This document shows positions 6,437 through 13,037 of a DNA stretch of 13,037 nt, in pieces. Source of the stretch: Planctomycetota bacterium (GTDB lineage: Bacteria > Planctomycetota > UBA8108 > UBA1146); contig JAYZBV010000059.1 in the NCBI GenBank assembly GCA_036338595.1, positions 1 through 13,037 on the forward strand, read 5' to 3'. Numbering within the stretch: position 1 is the first letter of the stretch; every line of letters begins with the position of its first letter. The translations under genes and the position numbers were made by a program. Under the pieces are notes generated by a model. It was given only the letters and a program-made list of their open reading frames with translations. It was not told where the DNA came from and did no database searches.

Positions 6437-7246
6437 TTGGATCGATGTCATCACGTCGTTCTTGCTCCAGGCACGCAGTTCGTCCCTGCGGATATCGCCA
6501 AGCAAACGGCCCCGATCTTCGAACGGATTCTGTTCGACGAGATCCGGCGACTGAACATCTGCGGCGGTTGGTTATTGCGCAACGGAACCGAAAAAGAAGC
6601 GCGCAAAATCGTCGAAATCGCACACGAATATCAACTCGACCATCGCCACGTCATCAGCCCTGAAAGTGCGACCAAGGTCGGAATCATCCGGACCATCCGC
6701 ATCTCGCTCGAGGATGATCGCATCGAGGTGGTGACCCCGCGCGAGTCCCGCTGGATGGCGCTCTCATCCATCCGCGCTGTCGATCTATCGCTGGCGGCCA
6801 TAGATGTCGGCGATGAGGAGATCCAGGATCCCGTTCAACGCAAAGCCCAGGTACTTCGTAGCCTCGCCGAACTGCTGATGACCGGATCGCCGGCGGGCGA
6901 TCTGCTCGAGCGCATCTCGGAAAGTCCGATTCGAGACCCACAACCAAGGCTCGTGCTACTGGGACCCGACGCATCCGCCTGGTCGCTCGATCGTGCCACC
7001 GTGTTTCCCGAACTGGTCGCCCAGGGTGCCGTCCAGTCACTGGCGAACCTGCTGCGATTCACCGGCATGGTGATCGGATCCGTTTCCAGCACACAAACCA
7101 CTCCGGAAACCCGATCGCTGTGGCAAAAAGGAGATCTCACCGGGATACGTCGCGATTCCTTCGAGGAGCAACAGGCCAGAATCGAGGCTCTGCATCTCTG
7201 GACTCGTGACGGCGGATCCCTGGGACCCCTGGAAGAAAGACGGTAG
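6437..7246 (+). CDS. Hypothetical cytoplasmic protein, 269 aa
   Basis: Long ORF filling the gap between ubiE and ubiX; start placed at TTG 6437, in frame with the track ORF 6395..7246, with SD GAGGAGGT overlapping the ubiE stop. No family recognised. Confidence 0.75.
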   Translation: MDRCHHVVLAPGTQFVPADIAKQTAPIFERILFDEIRRLNICGGWLLRNGTEKEARKIVEIAHEYQLDHRHVISPESATKVGIIRTIRISLEDDRIEVVTPRESRWMALSSIRAVDLSLAAIDVGDEEIQDPVQRKAQVLRSLAELLMTGSPAGDLLERISESPIRDPQPRLVLLGPDASAWSLDRATVFPELVAQGAVQSLANLLRFTGMVIGSVSSTQTTPETRSLWQKGDLTGIRRDSFEEQQARIEALHLWTRDGGSLGPLEERR

Positions 7247-7277
7247 GATTCCCGTTCGGGGGATGGGAGAGGTCGAC

Positions 7278-7910
7278 ATGGGAGAGACGACTGAAGGCAA
7301 ATCTGCCGCGCCCCGAACAGACGAGCCGAAAGAACTGGTGGTCGGTGTCAGTGGCGCCAGTGGATCGATCATCGCCGCTCGCCTGGTCCATTTCTTGCTC
7401 GAAGCGGGCCATCGGGTCCATCTGGTCGCCTCGAAGACCGGCAAACTGGTCGCCCACGATGAACTGGATGTTCCCCAGGGAACTCGCGGCGTTTTCCCCG
7501 ACATGGAACACGAGAACCTGACCGAATGGGGCGAGAAGAACTTCTACGCACCGTTCGCCAGCGGAACTGCTCCCATCGATGGGATGGTGATCGTCCCCTG
7601 TTCGATGGCCACAGTGGCAGGCCTTGCCCACGCAATGTCGGACAACCTGCTCAAGAGGGCCGGTGAAGTGATGCTCAAAGAGCGCCGCCGGCTCGTCATC
7701 GTTCCACGGGAAGCACCAATGAGCACGATCCACCTGCGTAACCTGGTGACCCTGTCCGAGGCGGGAGCGGTGATCCTTCCGCCGGTGCTGACCTTCTACC
7801 AGCACCCTGGTGATTCGGTGCTCGAACAGGTCGATTACGTGGTGAGTCGAATTCTCGATCATCTGGAGATCCCCAATCAGATCTTTCGCCGCTGGGGAAG
7901 CGAAAGTTGA
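7278..7910 (+). CDS. ubiX: Flavin prenyltransferase UbiX
   Basis: LVVGVSGASG, APFASG, GMVIVPCSMATVAGLAHAMSDNLLKRAGEVMLKERRRLVIVPREAP, IHLRNL, PPVLTFYQHP. Start placed at ATG 7278 (GGAGAGGT upstream). Confidence 0.97.
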   Translation: MGETTEGKSAAPRTDEPKELVVGVSGASGSIIAARLVHFLLEAGHRVHLVASKTGKLVAHDELDVPQGTRGVFPDMEHENLTEWGEKNFYAPFASGTAPIDGMVIVPCSMATVAGLAHAMSDNLLKRAGEVMLKERRRLVIVPREAPMSTIHLRNLVTLSEAGAVILPPVLTFYQHPGDSVLEQVDYVVSRILDHLEIPNQIFRRWGSES

Positions 7911-8824
7911 CCTCCAGCGTCACGAAGCCGGGCGCGCTCACCGGTTGCCGTGAATTTCTGCAGATGATCAAGGTCTCTCATACTCTCTTCGCCATGCCTT
8001 TTGCCATCGGAGCGGCATTCCTGGCGCTACGGGGCATGCAACTACCAGCCTCCCAACTGACAACACTGTTGGTCCAGGTGATCGTTGCCGTGGCGCTGGC
8101 GCGGACCACGGCGATGTCCTTCAATCGATGGGCCGATCGACACATCGATGCTGCCAATCCGAGAACGATGGACCGTTCCATTCCGGCCGGCCGTCTCGAT
8201 GCCAGTACGGTGCTGCTGGCCACTGGTATCTGCGCAATCGGCTTCGTGGTGATGACAGCAGCCATCAACCCACTGGCGCTGAAACTGTCTCCCGTGGTGC
8301 TGGTGGTGATCCTCGGATACTCGTGGACCAAACGATTCACCAGCCTCTGTCACCTGGTACTCGGACTGGGCCTCGCCCTGGCACCACTGGGTGCCTGGGT
8401 CGCCATCCGCGGTACTTTCTTCAGCACCGAAAATCACCTCGAAGCAACGCCATGGATCCTTGCTGGTGCAGTGATGCTGTGGACGGCCGGTTTCGACATC
8501 CTCTACAGCTGTCTCGATGTCGACTTCGACCGCAACCTGCAACTTCGCAGCATCCCGGCACGCCTGGGAATCTCCGCTGCCTTGAAACTCGCGGCACTAC
8601 TTCATCTCGGCATGGGACTGATGCTGGTCTGGCTGTGGCGTGAGGCGCAACTGGGTGTCTCGTTCCTGGTCGCGACCGGAATCGTCTGGATGTTGTTGTG
8701 GTACCAGCATCGTCTGGTCCGACCCGATGACCTCGGGCGCGTCAACCGAGCCTTCTTCAACCTGAACGCGACCATCAGCGTGATCCTGATGGTTGCGATG
8801 ATGGTCGAGGGATGGCCGGCATGA
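7907..8824 (+). CDS. ubiA: UbiA-family polyprenyltransferase (MqnP-like, futalosine-type menaquinone pathway)
   Basis: IKVSHTLFAMPFA, AMSFNRWADRHIDAANPRTMDRSIPAG, YSWTKRFT, GFDILYSCLDVDFD, VNRAFFNLNA; multiple TM segments; TTG start overlaps the ubiX TGA. Confidence 0.95.
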   Translation: MTSSVTKPGALTGCREFLQMIKVSHTLFAMPFAIGAAFLALRGMQLPASQLTTLLVQVIVAVALARTTAMSFNRWADRHIDAANPRTMDRSIPAGRLDASTVLLATGICAIGFVVMTAAINPLALKLSPVVLVVILGYSWTKRFTSLCHLVLGLGLALAPLGAWVAIRGTFFSTENHLEATPWILAGAVMLWTAGFDILYSCLDVDFDRNLQLRSIPARLGISAALKLAALLHLGMGLMLVWLWREAQLGVSFLVATGIVWMLLWYQHRLVRPDDLGRVNRAFFNLNATISVILMVAMMVEGWPA

Positions 8825-10653
8825 GTCTGGAGAACGCCGAGCGACGCCAACTGATGACACGATCTCGCTGGCGCCTACCAGCACTGCCGGCGGGCAAAAG
8901 CGCTTTTTTGCGTGGCCTGGTAGTCACGACCTTGCTGTTTGTCGCACTGTTCCCGCTGGTGCCCTTTGGTCCCGAGATGATCGGCACCACCTCCATCCTG
9001 ACCGCCACGACATCTCTCGATGGACCGATGGCTCCGGCACTGTCGAGTTGCAAAACCCTGGTCGCACTGCTGTCCGTGTGGCTCCACCCCTTTGTCGCCT
9101 CTGCCTGCCTCTCGATAGTGCTGGTGAGCCTCTTGTGTGGAGTCTGTGTGTGCTGGCTTCGCCAGATGGATGCTGCGAGGTCGGTAGTGATCCCCGCAGC
9201 ACTTTTACTGGGACTCTCTCCGGCGATCACCGAAGTCGCGCGTCACGGAGGTTCGATTCCCCTGTCACTGTTACTGGGGACCTGCCTGATGGTGGCAACC
9301 GAGCAGTTACGTTCTGAGGCTGGCAGGGGAATGGGTAGTTGCGGCTTAACCGCAGGACTGGCCATCGCATCGGGGCCACTGGTGATTCCAGCGCTACTCT
9401 ATTCGCTGCTGAGTTTGATCTGCGATCAGAGTGTTCGCGACATCCGCTTCCGATCCTTGCTTCTGGGTGTGCTGGGACTCGTATCAGGCTTCGCATTGCT
9501 GATGGCCGTTGCTTCCTACTCCGATGCCGAGGGATTCACGGGGGTGATCGAGGGCTTCCTCAGTGACTGGAGCCCTCACATCGATGTGGATCTGGAACGA
9601 TCAGTTGTGGCTGTGGCTCTCATCGCGGGGGGAACAGGGCTCGTACTCGGTGCTCTGGCCGTCTTCGGCATCATCTACGGCGCAACTCGCCGACCTGGAG
9701 ACCTCGCCTTGATGCTGACGATGGCCAGTTCAGGCCCTTTGCTGCTGCTGGTCTTTGGATCACGCCCGATCACACCTCTTCATGGCTCTGCCCCTTTCCT
9801 TCAGGGATCGATCCTGTTCTCACTGCTGATGGTGACACTACTGGCTTCATGGACACTGACCGTCACGCACCGAAGACTGGGAAAGAAAAATTCTCGATCG
9901 AGGCAATGGGTAGCAGGATTGATGCTCATCCTGATCGCATTGTCTCTGGCGATGAGATCTCCAGATTTACTGAGATCGAGAACCGAGCTGGTGACCCAGT
10001 GGTCACGCTCGGTGCTGAAGAGTTTGCCGGTGGACTCCTTGCTACTGACCGGTGGCTCACCGCTGGCGGCAGCGTTGTCGGTGGTGCAACTCCAGGAAGG
10101 CCTACGACCCGATGTCATCATCCTCGACCGGGCAGGAGACATCGATCCCGTACCGCTCGGTCTTGCACCAACAACCCCTCCACCGCGTACCCTGCAAGTT
10201 GCCCGCGCTCTCGTCGCTGCCGATAGACCGCTTCTCGCACTGTCACTGGCACTCCATCACCCGTTGCTCTCGGGTCGACAACTCTCTGCGTGGGGATTAC
10301 TGCTGATCGCTCATGATCCCGGGACACCGGCACCTGACGACTCTCGTGCGTGGCTCGAGGTCGATATCTCCGATCTTCCGCAACAACCCTCTGGCGCCTG
10401 GCGTTGGATTCGCGGCGAGGGACCGGTTCCTTATGGCAGTGGACGAATGGCGGCGGAAGTTGCCGCAGGAAGTTGGTTTGCCATCGCCCGTAGAGAGGGA
10501 CAGTTACGGGGAGATGGCAACTGGAGCGCGATTCTCGGCTTGCTCGGAAACCTGATGGAAGATCCCATTTCGACCCGCCGCTGGGCGCGGCAACAACCTG
10601 CCGACCTCATCGGCCCCGACGCGACTTCCCGGGGCCCTCGTATCTCTGACTGA
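8821..10653 (+). CDS. Polytopic membrane protein resembling DUF2723/TMEM260-type GT-C glycosyltransferases, 610 aa, catalytic motif degenerate
   Basis: ATG 8821 overlaps the ubiA stop (ATGA). About 10 hydrophobic segments followed by a soluble domain with VLKSLPVDSLLLTGG...Q..EGLRPDVIILD, which resembles the DUF2723-family periplasmic segment. CDS itself is secure; the family call is by eye. Confidence 0.7.
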   Translation: MSLENAERRQLMTRSRWRLPALPAGKSAFLRGLVVTTLLFVALFPLVPFGPEMIGTTSILTATTSLDGPMAPALSSCKTLVALLSVWLHPFVASACLSIVLVSLLCGVCVCWLRQMDAARSVVIPAALLLGLSPAITEVARHGGSIPLSLLLGTCLMVATEQLRSEAGRGMGSCGLTAGLAIASGPLVIPALLYSLLSLICDQSVRDIRFRSLLLGVLGLVSGFALLMAVASYSDAEGFTGVIEGFLSDWSPHIDVDLERSVVAVALIAGGTGLVLGALAVFGIIYGATRRPGDLALMLTMASSGPLLLLVFGSRPITPLHGSAPFLQGSILFSLLMVTLLASWTLTVTHRRLGKKNSRSRQWVAGLMLILIALSLAMRSPDLLRSRTELVTQWSRSVLKSLPVDSLLLTGGSPLAAALSVVQLQEGLRPDVIILDRAGDIDPVPLGLAPTTPPPRTLQVARALVAADRPLLALSLALHHPLLSGRQLSAWGLLLIAHDPGTPAPDDSRAWLEVDISDLPQQPSGAWRWIRGEGPVPYGSGRMAAEVAAGSWFAIARREGQLRGDGNWSAILGLLGNLMEDPISTRRWARQQPADLIGPDATSRGPRISD

Positions 10654-11542
10654 CCCGATCAAGGAAACGACGTTCCTCTGCACTGAGTGACTCGATGCCA
10701 TCCTGGGACACCTTTTCGAGCAACTCATCGACTCGCTCACGGATCTGTTGTTCGCGCTCGAGAATCCGTTGCTCTCGATTGTGACGCCAGCGGTCTTTCT
10801 GTCTCTGCCACCAACCAGGCCCTGCAGAGCCACCGCCTCGCCACGCTTCGCCACCGTCGAGTTCTGCTGACATGCGCTGGATCTGGAGACTGTTGATCCA
10901 CATCAAAATCGCCAGAGCCAGCAATAACCCACTGACGTCATACATGATCCACGCCAACGCGAGCAGAACCGCCACCACCTTGCCGGTACGAACCAGAATG
11001 TGGTTGGCCCTCTCCTCACCGTGACGTGCCCAGACGGTTGCATGCAAGATCCTGCCGCCGTCGAGCGGCAGTGCCGGCAGAAGATTGAAGATGAATAGAT
11101 CCAGATTCACTGCCGCAGCGATGGCCAACGGCTCGGAAACAGGTCGGTGTAGAAAGAAAGAACCGATGCCCTGGGCACCTTCCATCGAGAACACGAACGG
11201 AAGCAGCGCCAGCCACAGAATCAGGTTGACGGCAGGTCCGCCGACGGCGACCGCCAGGTGAGCGAGGGGGCGATCGGGAATATCGACTGCGGCCAGACCT
11301 CCAAGCGGCCACAAAATCACTTCCCGCGCATCTCCTCCGACTTGACGGGCGGCCCGGCAGTGTCCCAACTCATGCAAGAAGACCGATCCGAACAGGAATC
11401 CGAGATACATCAGGACCAGATTGGATCCGCCAAGCCGCTGGGCACCGAGCAACTCGAACAGCCCCCAGATCAGGAAGATCCAGTGCAGCCGCACCGTGAT
11501 GCCGGCAACCTGTCCAATCCGCAGCCCACCCCGGTCAAACAC
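10607..11542 (-). CDS. Site-2 intramembrane zinc metalloprotease (peptidase M50, SpoIVFB-like) with C-terminal DUF6576-like helical domain
   Basis: GITVRLHW, HELGH (HExxH), ILWPLGGLA, VAVGGPAVN, FNLLPALPLDGGRIL; tail RVDELLEKVSQDGIESLSAEERRFL. GTG start with AGGGGGA upstream. Confidence 0.94.
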   Translation of the reverse strand: MFDRGGLRIGQVAGITVRLHWIFLIWGLFELLGAQRLGGSNLVLMYLGFLFGSVFLHELGHCRAARQVGGDAREVILWPLGGLAAVDIPDRPLAHLAVAVGGPAVNLILWLALLPFVFSMEGAQGIGSFFLHRPVSEPLAIAAAVNLDLFIFNLLPALPLDGGRILHATVWARHGEERANHILVRTGKVVAVLLALAWIMYDVSGLLLALAILMWINSLQIQRMSAELDGGEAWRGGGSAGPGWWQRQKDRWRHNREQRILEREQQIRERVDELLEKVSQDGIESLSAEERRFLDRVSQRYEGPGKSRRGR

Positions 11543-11588
11543 GGATTCCCCCTGACCTTCCGTCTCGAGTTACATCGCAACCGGACGT

Positions 11589-13037
<1,449 letters not shown>

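Noticed and set aside
7137..7862. 241-aa minus-strand ORF
   Set aside because: Antisense shadow of ubiX.

Overview
GC-rich bacterial chromosomal window. The dockerin-type C-terminal domain and the style of the secreted proteins suggest an uncultured Planctomycetota member (inference). Left half, minus strand, in transcription order: a secreted thioredoxin-like/TPR-like protein translationally coupled to murQ; a 62-aa ORF; a 726-aa secreted modular protein (N-terminal lysyl-oxidase-like motifs, FN3-like, cohesin-like, dockerin) ending at an 18-bp terminator hairpin; and a BlaI/MecI/CopY repressor followed by a BlaR1/M56 gene that has lost its protease core and is split by an in-frame TAA forming part of a perfect Shine-Dalgarno for the remaining TM plus extracellular part. 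Middle, plus strand: a late menaquinone (futalosine-type) operon, ubiE/menG - hypothetical - ubiX - ubiA/mqnP, coupled to a DUF2723/TMEM260-like GT-C membrane protein with a degenerate catalytic motif. Right, minus strand: an ALDH7-family aldehyde dehydrogenase (partial) and an M50 site-2 protease. No RNA genes, CRISPR arrays or mobile elements were seen. All family assignments are by eye from motifs; no database searches were run.
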